Below, one piece after another: positions 22,213 through 32,226 of a DNA stretch of 64,000 bases (position 1 is its first letter; every line of letters begins with the position of its first letter). Location: NCBI GenBank assembly GCA_965222375.1, contig CBDCTZ010000012.1:224001-288000 (forward strand), written 5' to 3'. Under the pieces are notes generated by a model, which worked only from the letters and a program-made list of their open reading frames with translations, searched no databases and was not told the DNA's origin. The translations under genes and the position numbers were made by a program. Source of the stretch: Polyangiaceae bacterium (lineage in GTDB: Bacteria > Myxococcota_A > Polyangia > Polyangiales > Polyangiaceae).

Positions 22213-23441
22213 TGGAGGTCATGCTCGTCCTCGCAGCCACCGCGGCGGTTGTCGTCGGTGCGTTGTACGTGATGGTCAAGAAGCTGCTCTGGGTCGCCAC
22301 GCCCAATGAAGCGCTGATCTTCAGCGGCAGTACTCGCAAGCTGCAAGAACGCAGCGTGGCCTACCGCTTCGTGCGAGGCGGGCGGCGTTTGCGCCGACCG
22401 CTCATCGAGCAAGTGGAGGTCATGGACCTCAGCATGTTCACCGTGATGGTGAACGTCACCGGCGCTTTCTCGAAGGGCGGCATTCCGCTGACGATTCAGG
22501 GTGTTGCCAACGTGAAGCTGCCCGGTGAGGAGCCGCTCCTCGCCAACGCAGTCGAGCGCTTCCTGGGGCGCACTCGGGAGGAGATTTACTACGTTGCCAA
22601 AGAGACCTTGGAAGGCAACCTGCGTGGCGTGCTCGCTAGCCTGACGCCCGAAGAGGTGAACGAGGACAAGATGCGCTTCGCTCACACTTTGCTCGAAGGC
22701 GCAGAGCACGACATGAGCAAGATGGGGCTCGTGCTCGACACCCTGAAGATCCAAAACGTCACGGACGAGGTGAACTACCTAGCCAGCATCGGTCGCATCC
22801 GGGGCGCGAAGCTGAACATGGAGCAGGCCGTCGCGGAGGCGGAGGCCCGCGCAGACGCCAATGTGCAGCAGGCCGCGAACTGGTCAGCATCCGAGGTCGC
22901 CAAGGTGGCCGCTGACATGCAGATCGCCGAGCAGGAGACTGCAAAACGGATTGCGGACGCGAAGAGCCGTCGAGAAGCCATGATCCAGGAGGCCAAGGGC
23001 CAGGTCGTTGCCCAGCTGGCCGAAGTCAACGCCGAAATCGAGCGGCAGAAAGCGCGAGCCCTGCAGGAGAAGCGCCGCTTGGACGCCGATGTGGTGCAGC
23101 CCTCCATTGCCAAGCAGCGCGCCGCAGAAGAGAAGGCCCGGGGCGACGCCGCGGACACCCTCGAGCGTGGCCGTGCCGAAGCCAAGGCGTTGCATGACTT
23201 GGTCGAGGCCTATCGCAGCGGCGGCGGCGCAGCGCGGGATGTGCTCGCACTGCAAAACCTGCTGCCGCTACTGAGCCACATTGCGGGTGCCCATCACAGC
23301 CTGGCCATCAGTAAGCTGAGTGTCTTGCCGGCGGCTGCCGACGGCAGCGAGATGGCCCGCAAAGCCATCGGGGCGTCCGAGCAGATCCGTGCGGCCACGG
23401 GGGTCGACCTCACCGGCGTGGCGAAGAAGCTGGGCGGCTGA
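22212..23441 (+). CDS. Flotillin/SPFH family protein 2
   Basis: PNEALIFSG, TLEGNLRGVLASLTPEEVNEDK, coiled coil. Confidence 0.88.
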   Translation: MEVMLVLAATAAVVVGALYVMVKKLLWVATPNEALIFSGSTRKLQERSVAYRFVRGGRRLRRPLIEQVEVMDLSMFTVMVNVTGAFSKGGIPLTIQGVANVKLPGEEPLLANAVERFLGRTREEIYYVAKETLEGNLRGVLASLTPEEVNEDKMRFAHTLLEGAEHDMSKMGLVLDTLKIQNVTDEVNYLASIGRIRGAKLNMEQAVAEAEARADANVQQAANWSASEVAKVAADMQIAEQETAKRIADAKSRREAMIQEAKGQVVAQLAEVNAEIERQKARALQEKRRLDADVVQPSIAKQRAAEEKARGDAADTLERGRAEAKALHDLVEAYRSGGGAARDVLALQNLLPLLSHIAGAHHSLAISKLSVLPAAADGSEMARKAIGASEQIRAATGVDLTGVAKKLGG

Positions 23442-23473
23442 CGGAAGGCGCCCGCTCTGGGCGGGCGCTCAGC

Positions 23474-25093
23474 TCAGAGGGTGGGCTCGACCCGGGCCGA
23501 CCCTTGCTCGCTCACTGATAGCCGCGGGGACGTTCGCAACTCCCGCTCGTGGGCGCGCCAGTCTTGCACTTCGTTGGCCGGGTGAACGGGCACTGCGTAG
23601 GAGCGCTTGCGTAGGTTGCGAATGTTCGTTGCCCCTTCGCTCTCCACGGGGATGTGTGTGAACGAGAGGGTCAGGTAGAACATTCGATAGTGGAAGAAGT
23701 TCTTCTGCACGATCACGTCGGCTTTGCGGGGATCGATGCCGAGCTCACGCCAAAACTTGGGGTGAATGGGCAGAGGGGAGCGATCCCCGACGGACAGATG
23801 AAACGCGCCGCTGTCCAGGCGCACTCGCCGCCCGAACTCTCCGCTGTGCCGAGCAGAGACCGTCACCTCCAGCTCGACTGTGGGCTGGTCGTAACCCGGC
23901 GTTCCGCGAAGGGTGACGCGCTGCTTGGAGCCGATGGGTGCGTTCCAAAGCGCCTCCGCAAGGGCCGGATCGTGCACAGGCACCAAGCTCTTCAAGCCCC
24001 GGTCGTTCTTGGCCAAGGACTGCACGAAGCGTGTATTGCCGCCCGGGGCGCCCGCACCGACGATGTCGTCGACGTCCACCAGAGTGACCGGGCCGATCCG
24101 TCTGCCGCGCCCTCGCGCCGCATCGTCCAGCGCGCTTTCAATGCTGCGCATGGGCGGCAGGTCAACGTCCTTTTCCGCCCAGGCGCGTTCCGCCAGCTCT
24201 TCCACCAGGCGATCGGCAAGCTCTTGGTCACCGTCTGTGCATACGTGCACGGCCCATCCCAGGTTGTCGGCGGATGTGAAGGGGTGGACCATGAACAGAC
24301 TTGCTGACACGACGCCCGGGCGCCGTTCGAGCTTCTTCATGTAGCGAAACACGCCACGCATGGGTGACAAGAAGTCGATGGTCGTGCCGCCACCGAGCAC
24401 CATGGGCAGTTTGCGCCAAGCGTGTACCGGTGTGATTTCACCACGCAGGCTTCGGATCAGGCGGCTGCCGGCGCGATACCCCGTAGGCGCTAGGTCCCAA
24501 TGGGGATTGGTGCGGTACGCGATCATCACGTCGACGGGGTCAATCAGACCGCGGCTCAAGTTGGCGTGGAGATCGTAGCTGACGGCAATCTGCGCCTCCG
24601 AGCCCAGAAGCTCTCGCACGCGGCGCAGGATGATCGCCTCCGGGGCTTCCGTGAGTCCGCGCACCTCCATACTGCCATGCAGAGCTAGATACACGCCGTC
24701 CAAGGGGCCAGCGCTGGCCAACCGCTCCAAGAGCCCATCCAGCAGCCAGGCGAAGCATTCTTCAGTCAGCGGGCCACTGGGGACCGCCATGTAGGAGGCA
24801 AGGGGGACCGTCTCGACATTGCCTTGCACCCGAGCCGCCTGCACGAAGCCCGTGAGCTCCGCGTGGGGCAGGTAGCCTTCGAGCTCCGAGCCCCGCAGGG
24901 AGGTCGCGCGGGATAGCTCCTCGCCCTGCAGAGCGTGCATTCGCAAAAAGTTGTCCTTGCTGGTGAGCAGGGGCGAGTCCGCGCAGGCTTCGTGGAAGAT
25001 CCGACCGTACGCGATGCGCAGGGGCTTCTTGCCGCCCGCGCCGGCGCGCGCTCGGGCGACGTCTTGGGCGAAGCGAAGGGCCTGGCCGATCAT
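23474..25093 (-). CDS. M81 family (MlrC-like) metallopeptidase/amidohydrolase
   Basis: IFHE, LALHGSM, SYDLHAN, YRTNPHWD, D.DD..GAG motifs. Confidence 0.8.
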   Translation of the reverse strand: MIGQALRFAQDVARARAGAGGKKPLRIAYGRIFHEACADSPLLTSKDNFLRMHALQGEELSRATSLRGSELEGYLPHAELTGFVQAARVQGNVETVPLASYMAVPSGPLTEECFAWLLDGLLERLASAGPLDGVYLALHGSMEVRGLTEAPEAIILRRVRELLGSEAQIAVSYDLHANLSRGLIDPVDVMIAYRTNPHWDLAPTGYRAGSRLIRSLRGEITPVHAWRKLPMVLGGGTTIDFLSPMRGVFRYMKKLERRPGVVSASLFMVHPFTSADNLGWAVHVCTDGDQELADRLVEELAERAWAEKDVDLPPMRSIESALDDAARGRGRRIGPVTLVDVDDIVGAGAPGGNTRFVQSLAKNDRGLKSLVPVHDPALAEALWNAPIGSKQRVTLRGTPGYDQPTVELEVTVSARHSGEFGRRVRLDSGAFHLSVGDRSPLPIHPKFWRELGIDPRKADVIVQKNFFHYRMFYLTLSFTHIPVESEGATNIRNLRKRSYAVPVHPANEVQDWRAHERELRTSPRLSVSEQGSARVEPTL

Positions 25094-26517
25094 GAGAACA
25101 ACTCCCCGATGAAGAGGACCAAGAGCTTTTCGCGGGCGGCGGGGGTCATGGCGTTCATGATGCGGTGCAAGGGCGCGGCTTCGCTTGGCAGGGTGCCTGA
25201 GCCCAAGCCCATCTCCGCAACGATGGCCTGGGTATCCGCACCCTCGGTGCTCTCCGCCAAGTTGCTCAAGAAGGTGACCACGCCCTCCGGTGCCGTCTGC
25301 GTCTTGGGCAGGTCTTGGCTGCAGGCGACCAAGTCCTTGCCGAAGTCCGCGACGCGCCGGGCGTTTTCAGGGTCGAGGGTCAGGTGGATGTGGGCAGGGG
25401 AGGGACCGAATTCATAAGTCGGTTGGACATGCCACCCCTTCGCGGTCAGGCGATCTGCCAGTTCGAAGAGATCCCCCTCCAGGGTCTTGAAGGCGAACAG
25501 GTTCATGTCCGGACGCCCCACCATTTCCAGATCCGCCGTGTCGTCTACGACCTGGACCAGTTCCTTGGTTGCATCCCACATCCGCATCGACCGTTCTCGA
25601 TAGCCCTCTTGGCCCAGGTACTGAATCAGCGCAAAGGCGGCGCCCATGGCGGCTGCACTCTTGCTGCCCAGGGTCGTGGAGTTGATGATCGAATAGCCGG
25701 TCCAGGTCGCGCAGGTGTAGTACTGGGCGTCCCGCAGCTCTCGCCGTCGTTGCAGCAGGATCGAGATCCCCTTCGGGGCGAATCCGTACTTGTGCAGGTC
25801 CATGGAGATGCTCGTCACACCCTCGACACCAAAATCGAAGTCGGGGCCATCCACGCCCGCCTGACGCAAGAAGGGCAGGACGCAACCACCGACGCAGGCA
25901 TCTACATGCATCAGCGTGTCGTTCTCCTTGGCCAGCGCGGCAAGGCCGCGGATGTCATCGATGACACCGTGGGCGTAGCTGGGGGCCGAACCAACGACCA
26001 GAATCACGTCATCGCTCATCTTGGCCTTGGCGTCTTCGATGTCGGCCCGGAACGTGTCCGGGTCGACGTCGACATTGACCACCTCCACTCCGAAGTAGTG
26101 CGCTGCCTTGTGGAAGCAGGCGTGGGCGGTGATTGGCAGCAGCATCTTTGGAGTCTCGAGTTCAGGGCGCTTCTTGCGAGCGAAGTCCCGGGCGGTTTTC
26201 ACCGCCAGCATGACGCTTTCAGTGCCCCCGGCCGTGGCGGTGCCCACGGCGCCTTCGGGAGCGCGCATCAGCTCCAAGCATGCTTTGACGACGCCGTTCT
26301 CCAGCTCCCGAGCCGACGGGTAGACGGTGGGGTCCAGGCCGTTGATCGGCATGCAGGCGGCAAAGGCCTGACGCGCCACTTCCCGAGCCTCCTCGCCTGG
26401 GTCGTAGACGAATGCAAAGGCGCGGCCATCGCTTTTCAGGTCACGAGTTCGAGTTTGCTTGAGGGCAGAAAGCACGTCGTCGCGGCTCTTGCCAGCCTGA
26501 GGAAATGACTCGTTCAT
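25090..26517 (-). CDS. PLP-dependent group II enzyme, sphingosine-1-phosphate lyase-like
   Basis: GGTES, AHACFHKAA, SAPSYAHGVID, HVDACVGG, SISMDLHKYG..PKG; ATG chosen at MNESF. Confidence 0.8.
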   Translation of the reverse strand: MNESFPQAGKSRDDVLSALKQTRTRDLKSDGRAFAFVYDPGEEAREVARQAFAACMPINGLDPTVYPSARELENGVVKACLELMRAPEGAVGTATAGGTESVMLAVKTARDFARKKRPELETPKMLLPITAHACFHKAAHYFGVEVVNVDVDPDTFRADIEDAKAKMSDDVILVVGSAPSYAHGVIDDIRGLAALAKENDTLMHVDACVGGCVLPFLRQAGVDGPDFDFGVEGVTSISMDLHKYGFAPKGISILLQRRRELRDAQYYTCATWTGYSIINSTTLGSKSAAAMGAAFALIQYLGQEGYRERSMRMWDATKELVQVVDDTADLEMVGRPDMNLFAFKTLEGDLFELADRLTAKGWHVQPTYEFGPSPAHIHLTLDPENARRVADFGKDLVACSQDLPKTQTAPEGVVTFLSNLAESTEGADTQAIVAEMGLGSGTLPSEAAPLHRIMNAMTPAAREKLLVLFIGELFS

Positions 26518-27116
26518 GATTGCTTCTCCGGAGTTTGTTTGAGCGGACGCAGGATGTTGGTCCACAAGAAGTCGTGTACGGGTGCCAGGTCCACGTCGAT
26601 CATCACCCGCTGCACCATCAGACCATCTGTGAGTGCGCGAATGACGCTGACGACGGCCTCGGGATCACAGGGAGCAACGCGGCCGTCCGCGATGCCCGCT
26701 TTGAGCAGCTCGACCGCGGCTCGGCGTTGGGATTCGAAGACGCGGTTGCCCACGTCGATGATCTCTTTCATGCGCTCACCGCTGGCTGCGATGGCCTGAC
26801 TCAAGAAGACGATGCGCTCTTCTCGGCCGTGGTGAAAAGCGTGCACCGCGCAAATCTGAGCAAACAGGCGATCGATGGGGTGCTCGTGCTGATTGACCCG
26901 CTCCATCACGTACACGGCCTGCTCCGTCAGCAGCTCTTCCAGCGCCGTCTCGACGATGTGGCCGCGGGTCGGGAAGTGGTAATGCAGGGTCGGGCGCTTG
27001 ATCCCGAGCTCGTCTGCTAGCCGTTTCATGGGCGTGCCCATGCCGAGCTTCGCCAGGACGGCGACGGCGTCACGAGCCATTTCTTGGCGTTTTTCTGGTT
27101 CAGGCGGGCGGGCCAT
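26514..27116 (-). CDS. TetR family transcriptional regulator
   Basis: MARPP...LADELGIKRPTLHYHFPT HTH. Confidence 0.88.
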   Translation of the reverse strand: MARPPEPEKRQEMARDAVAVLAKLGMGTPMKRLADELGIKRPTLHYHFPTRGHIVETALEELLTEQAVYVMERVNQHEHPIDRLFAQICAVHAFHHGREERIVFLSQAIAASGERMKEIIDVGNRVFESQRRAAVELLKAGIADGRVAPCDPEAVVSVIRALTDGLMVQRVMIDVDLAPVHDFLWTNILRPLKQTPEKQS

Positions 27117-27120
27117 TAGC

Positions 27121-27159
27121 TGACTAACTGTCAATTAATCATTACCTGACGAAGTGTCA
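27121..27159. promoter_or_regulatory. Two TGAC-N5-GTCA palindromes (putative TetR operators)
   Basis: TGACTAACTGTCA at 27121-27133 and TGACGAAGTGTCA at 27147-27159 in an AT-rich divergent spacer. Confidence 0.65.
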
Positions 27160-27207
27160 ACTAAAAAAGAGGTGGACGCTGCGGATTCCTGAACCACTGA
27201 GTTCTTC

Positions 27208-29655
27208 ATGCTCGCTAGCGGCAGAGCCTGGGTGGCGGCCTCGCTGGCGCTGGCGGCGGCACAATCCGTCGTGCCGCAGCTGTTGGCGCAGCCCGCGCCA
27301 GCCGAGGCGCCGCCACCAGCTCCAGCGGCGCCAGTCATCGTCGCGCCGAAGCTGCTCAGCTCGCCCGACGTGCCTTATCCGGAAGACGGCGCGGGTGACG
27401 CTCGCGTCGTCGTGACCCTCGTGGTCGACGCGACGGGCGTGGTCACTGAGGCGACAGCAGACACCGACAACGAACCCTTCTCGACCGTGGCGGTGGAAGC
27501 AGTACGCGGCTGGTTGTTCAAGCCTGCAACCCGCAACGGCACTTTCATCTCCGCCAAGATCAAGGTGGAGCTCGTTTTCAAGGAGCCACAAACCTTGGAA
27601 GACCCACCACCAGAACCGACCTCGACGGAGGAGGCGCCTACGGAGCCGAGCACGCCGGAAACGCCCCCCGCGCCGCCGGTGCCGAAGGTATTCGAAGTCA
27701 CCGTCACCGGCGAGCGCGGTGAGCCGGGGCGCAGCGTGACCTTTTCCCGCGCCGAAGTACGACAGATCCCTGGCACCTTCGGAGATCCTTTTCGCGCCAT
27801 CGAAGCGATGCCCGGAGTTACGCCCATCGTCTCTGGCTTGCCCTTCTTCTTCATTCGTGGCGCACCGCCTGGCAACGTGGGTTACTTCTTGGACGGCATT
27901 CGAGTGCCGCTCCTGTTTCACGTGGGCATTGGGCCTTCCGTGGTGCACCCGGGCATCGTCGATCGCGTCGACCTGTATCCAGGTGGATATCCCGCGCGTT
28001 TCGGCCGCTTCGCCGGAGGCATCGTGGCAGGGGAAACCACAGAGCCCGTGCCACGCTGGCGGGGCGAGTACAACCTGCGCCTATTTGATGCCGGCGCGAT
28101 GGTGGAAGCGCCCTTCGCGGATGGACGCGGCATCGCCCTGGTCGGAGGCCGCTATTCCTACGCTGCGTAACTGTTGTCGATTTTGTCGCCGGAGACTCAG
28201 TTGGAATACTGGGACTATCAGGTCCGCGCCAGCTACGACGTGACGCCGAAGGACCGCCTGGGCGTGTTTTCATTCGGAGCCTTCGACTTCTTGGGTCAGC
28301 GCACCCAGGACGAGACCCTGACGCTATTTGGTACCGAATTTCACCGCGTGGACCTGCGCTACGACCGGCGCTTTTCCGGCAGTGGCAACATGCGCACGGC
28401 ATTCACTCTGGGTGTTGATCGATCCACGGTGCAGCAAGACCGCGCCGTGGTCAGTCGTTTGGCGGGCGCTCGCACAGAGCTGACCCATCGACTCGACGAA
28501 CAGGTGCTGCTTCGTGCCGGCACCGACTTGCACCTCGAAACCTACGATATCGATCTGGGCTCCGAGGCCCTTTCGCCAGCAGCGCAACGTGCTGCTCGAG
28601 ACTTCCCGTCGCGCACCGACATCGCCCTTGGCGTTCGCGGTGACACGGTCCTGTCCATCGACAGCGGCTTCGAGGTCACGCCGGGGCTGCGCATCGACCT
28701 GTACGGTTCCGAAGGCGCGACGGCGGTCGGCATTGACCCGCGCCTGGCAACTCGGGCGCGCGTTACGGAGCGAGTGCACCTGCTGACGGCGCTCGGGATC
28801 GCGCACCAGCCCCCGGCCTTCGTGGTGCCGGTGCCTGGCTTCCAACCCGGCGGGCTCCGTGGGGGGCTGCAACGAGCTATTCAGGAAAGCCTCGGGGTCG
28901 AATTCGACCTGGGGGAGTCCACCTTGTTCACGGCGACGGTGTTTCAGAACTCCTTCTTCAACATGAGTGATCCTCTGGGGGTCAATCCCGCTCTGCCACG
29001 GGGTTGCGCGCCGGGGGCGTATCCCGACGATAGTTTGGGCGGAGATTACGGTGTCACTCCCGACGATCCTCCCTTATGTGGCATCCCCCGCTTCGTCCCG
29101 GGCACGATCGGTCCGGATCGAAGTGGTGGCTTCGGGGACGCCGCGGACAGTCGCGGAGGACGATCCTTCGCCAGCGCCTTGGAAGTGCGCACCCTCGGTG
29201 CAGCCTACGGCCTCGAGTTGTATCTAAAGCGCAAGCTCACCAAGAAGTTCGGTGGCTTCGTTTCCTACACTTTGTCGCGCTCGACGCGCAGCTTCGGGCG
29301 GCGGCGCTACGTCGCATCCTTCGATCGCACTCACGTCTTCAACGCCGCTGCCGCCTATGACCTGGGCAACCGCTGGCGAGCGGGGACTCGCTTCATTTTC
29401 TACACGGGCCTGCCCAAGGTGCCGGATCCAAATGACCCCGAGTCGACTCGGCTGCCTCCCTTCCTGCGTGCGGATCTGCGCTTGGAAAAACGCTGGCAAT
29501 TAACGGACACGGTTTGGATTTCTGGCGTCGCCGAATGGATGAACGCAACCTTGTCCAAGGAAGCCGTGACGAGCACATGTACGCTGCAGGGTTGCGAAGC
29601 AGAAGAAATCGGTCCCATCACCATCCCCAGCTTGGGTGTAGAAGGAGGCTTCTGA
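27208..29655 (+). pseudogene. TonB-dependent receptor (N-terminal TonB-C-like, plug, barrel) interrupted by an in-frame TAA
   Basis: ORFs 27208-28170 and 28174-29655 are in the same frame; reads GGRYSYAA*LLSILSP; plug motif IPGTFGDPFRAIEAMPGV; ends GVEGGF. Confidence 0.8.
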
Positions 29656-29657
29656 GC

Positions 29658-30239
29658 ATGATCGCGCAACTGTTGACGGTCTCGACCCGCCCCGCACTGC
29701 TGTTCGCGCTGCTGCTGGCTACCGCCTGTGGCGACCCCGGAGAGGCGGATCCCGCCCCGCCTTGCGACATGGAGTGTCAGGACGCCAACGCCATGCGGGC
29801 GCTTCGCGCCACCACCAAGCTGATCTTCAACCTGACCCTGCAAGGCAAACCCGTCGGGGCCCAGGACGAAACCACCGACTGCCCTCAGGGCGGGTCCGCG
29901 CGTGTGTTTGGCACTGCGACCTCAAACGCGGTGCAGGGCGCATCGGAGCTGGATCTCACATACGAGTTTTCGGACTGTCACCGACTGGCTCGGGATGACG
30001 ACCCCGGTGAAAACTACGACGTGACCATCAACGGCAGCATGACTCAGAAGGGCATTCTCGCGGTGCAACCAACGGCGACGACCGGCCTGGTCATGAAGAG
30101 CGACAGCATGACCCTGGAGGGGACCATCTACGATCCACCCATCGCCTACTCCGCCGTCGACTGCGTGATCGAGCTGGGACAATCCGGCAACAACCTATCC
30201 GGTTTCATCTGCGGACGCGCCGCTGGGCTGAAGTTGTAG
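29658..30239 (+). CDS. Hypothetical lipoprotein
   Basis: ATG 2 nt after the receptor stop; LLATAC lipobox. Confidence 0.65.
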   Translation: MIAQLLTVSTRPALLFALLLATACGDPGEADPAPPCDMECQDANAMRALRATTKLIFNLTLQGKPVGAQDETTDCPQGGSARVFGTATSNAVQGASELDLTYEFSDCHRLARDDDPGENYDVTINGSMTQKGILAVQPTATTGLVMKSDSMTLEGTIYDPPIAYSAVDCVIELGQSGNNLSGFICGRAAGLKL

Positions 30240-30403
30240 GCCGTACAAAACGACCCGCCATCCCACGCCATCCGCCTCGCCTTGGTCGGTTGATTCGGTG
30301 CGCTTGTGACGCGCTTCGCGATGCCGAATGCGTCGATACCCGAAGGGGTCATGATCATACGCAGCTCGTTGCCCGCGGCGGATGTGTGTGATCTAGAGGC
30401 GAA

Positions 30404-30510
30404 ATGCAAACAGCAGAGTGGCTGGCGAAGCAGATTGCCGGTGAGTTTGGAGGGGCGCAGCTCGGCGACAGCCGGTGCAGCGAGCAGCTGAAGTGGCTAG
30501 CTGACCGCAG
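30404..30510 (+). mobile_element. Remnant of an IS4/IS50-like transposase N-terminus
   Basis: EW...EFGGAQLGDSRCSEQLKWLA resembles the Tn5-type W...F..A.LGD.RR..RL..A start; no catalytic domain follows. Confidence 0.5.
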
Positions 30511-30564
30511 GCTGTGGACTTGCGGCAGAGACTCGACACGCGCCAGTCACACTGCAGAAACTCG

Positions 30565-32226
30565 CTACGGGACTAGAATTGTGAGCGCCTGCCGCAAGAG
30601 GGCAGCCAGGGGCTCAGCGGGCTCGCCGCAGGTGTCACCCCGACACGCCAGCGCAGCTACGGCCTTCTTCGACTCTCCGCGCCGAAAGCCCATGTGCGTC
30701 AGGGCGCTCAGAAGCTTGGATTCGACGTTCGCCGAGTCCGCGGAGGCTTGGTCGCGCAGTTTCCCTCCTTCCACGGCCTCGCCCTCCATGTTGGCAGCTT
30801 GACTCGCCGCAGGCTGGAAGGAACCGAGCGATTCACTCACACGGAGTTCAGTAGCGTCGCCCGCTCGGCAGCTAGGTGCGCCGGGTTGCGTGGGTTCGTC
30901 GGGGGTCAGCTGGTTGGTTGCCGGAGTTTCGTTGGCGTCACTTTGCCGGCAGCTTGGCGGGCTGGGTGTCGTGGGAGGTTCAGCGTTGGACTGTGCAAGG
31001 GCGCGCCGCGATTCGCAGTCCAACCTCTGCTGGTGAAGGAGAGTCGCGCCGCCCATGGAATGCAGTTCGACAGCCTCCCGGACGCTGCTCTCTTCGGATG
31101 GCTGCGGCGTGACCCCGCTGCCCGCCTGGAAGACGCTGCTCTGTCCATGCCCTCGCCGCGACTCGCAGTCCAACCTCTGCTGGCGAAGGCGAATTCTACT
31201 CTCGATGTAGTGCCGCCCGAACACCTTCTCGGCCTCGAACGAGTTGTGCGCGTGGCACAGCAGACGTCCGTTGCAAGTCGTGCCGGCGCCCCCCAAGGCG
31301 CGCGGGTCTTCGTGGTCAAGTTGTACAAACGCGCGTGCTTGGCAGCGCTCACCGCTCGGCGACACGTACGTGCACTGCTCGCCATCGCGCTGGTAGATCT
31401 CCCTGCGGGCCTCGCGGGAGAAGTCGCCGTGCTTGGTGCCGCGAGAGCGCCGCGGTTTGTCTGTCTTGCCGAGCTTCTTCTTTTCCAGTTCTGCCAGCAC
31501 CAAGTCGAGCCCGCGCTCGATGACCGTCGCCAAGTCTCGCTTCGGATTCGAATGACTCATCAGATCGAGCGCGCGCTCGAGCTTGTCTTTGACGGCAGCT
31601 CCGGCCGAAAACTGGATGTGAAACCGCTCCGCGGAAAGCGGTGACATGCGGGACCTGGGCTCATGGAGCTCAACCGTCGGCGGCCCCGAGTTTGCCGCAA
31701 CGGATTGGCTGGCAGCTGCGCCAACGGACTGGCCTTCAGCGGCGGCATCACCTCCGAGACGTGCCTGGACTGGCAGCGGGCGCATCGAGTCTGCCACGTC
31801 TTTCTTCGGAAACCGCGAGCGGATCAGCAACTCGACCTCGGCTTTGCTTTTGTCGCAGGCCTCCGCGAGCAACTCGGCGTGGTTTTCTTCATCAAAGTAC
31901 TTCTGCAGCATGCTGAGCGCCGTTACGTGGATCCGCCCCTCTCGCAGCAGGTCCAGGACCGCGGGGTAGCTCCACGCGATCCGAGCCGCTGCCAGGTGTC
32001 GGTGAGCGCTGCCCTCGCTGAGCTTCAGCTTGCGGCAACAGAACTCGTACATGGAGGAGCATGCCTCCCTCCGCTCCAAGCGCCGTGCTTCGACCTCACC
32101 GAGGTACGCCACGAGCTGTGCCGTGATCTTACGCCGGGAGCCAATCACGCTGCCCAGGTTCGCCAGGACTTCATCGTCCGAGAGATGCTCCATTCGCTTT
32201 TCGATTCGTGGCGTGGTGAGTTTCAT
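30565..32226 (-). CDS. DUF222-like/HNH endonuclease protein with RuvA-CTD-like C-terminus
   Basis: RDGEQCTY...C...LDHEDP.ALGG...N..LLC.AHN; tail LLSALTHMGFRRGESKKAV...LLRQAL. Confidence 0.75.
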   Translation of the reverse strand: MKLTTPRIEKRMEHLSDDEVLANLGSVIGSRRKITAQLVAYLGEVEARRLERREACSSMYEFCCRKLKLSEGSAHRHLAAARIAWSYPAVLDLLREGRIHVTALSMLQKYFDEENHAELLAEACDKSKAEVELLIRSRFPKKDVADSMRPLPVQARLGGDAAAEGQSVGAAASQSVAANSGPPTVELHEPRSRMSPLSAERFHIQFSAGAAVKDKLERALDLMSHSNPKRDLATVIERGLDLVLAELEKKKLGKTDKPRRSRGTKHGDFSREARREIYQRDGEQCTYVSPSGERCQARAFVQLDHEDPRALGGAGTTCNGRLLCHAHNSFEAEKVFGRHYIESRIRLRQQRLDCESRRGHGQSSVFQAGSGVTPQPSEESSVREAVELHSMGGATLLHQQRLDCESRRALAQSNAEPPTTPSPPSCRQSDANETPATNQLTPDEPTQPGAPSCRAGDATELRVSESLGSFQPAASQAANMEGEAVEGGKLRDQASADSANVESKLLSALTHMGFRRGESKKAVAALACRGDTCGEPAEPLAALLRQALTILVP

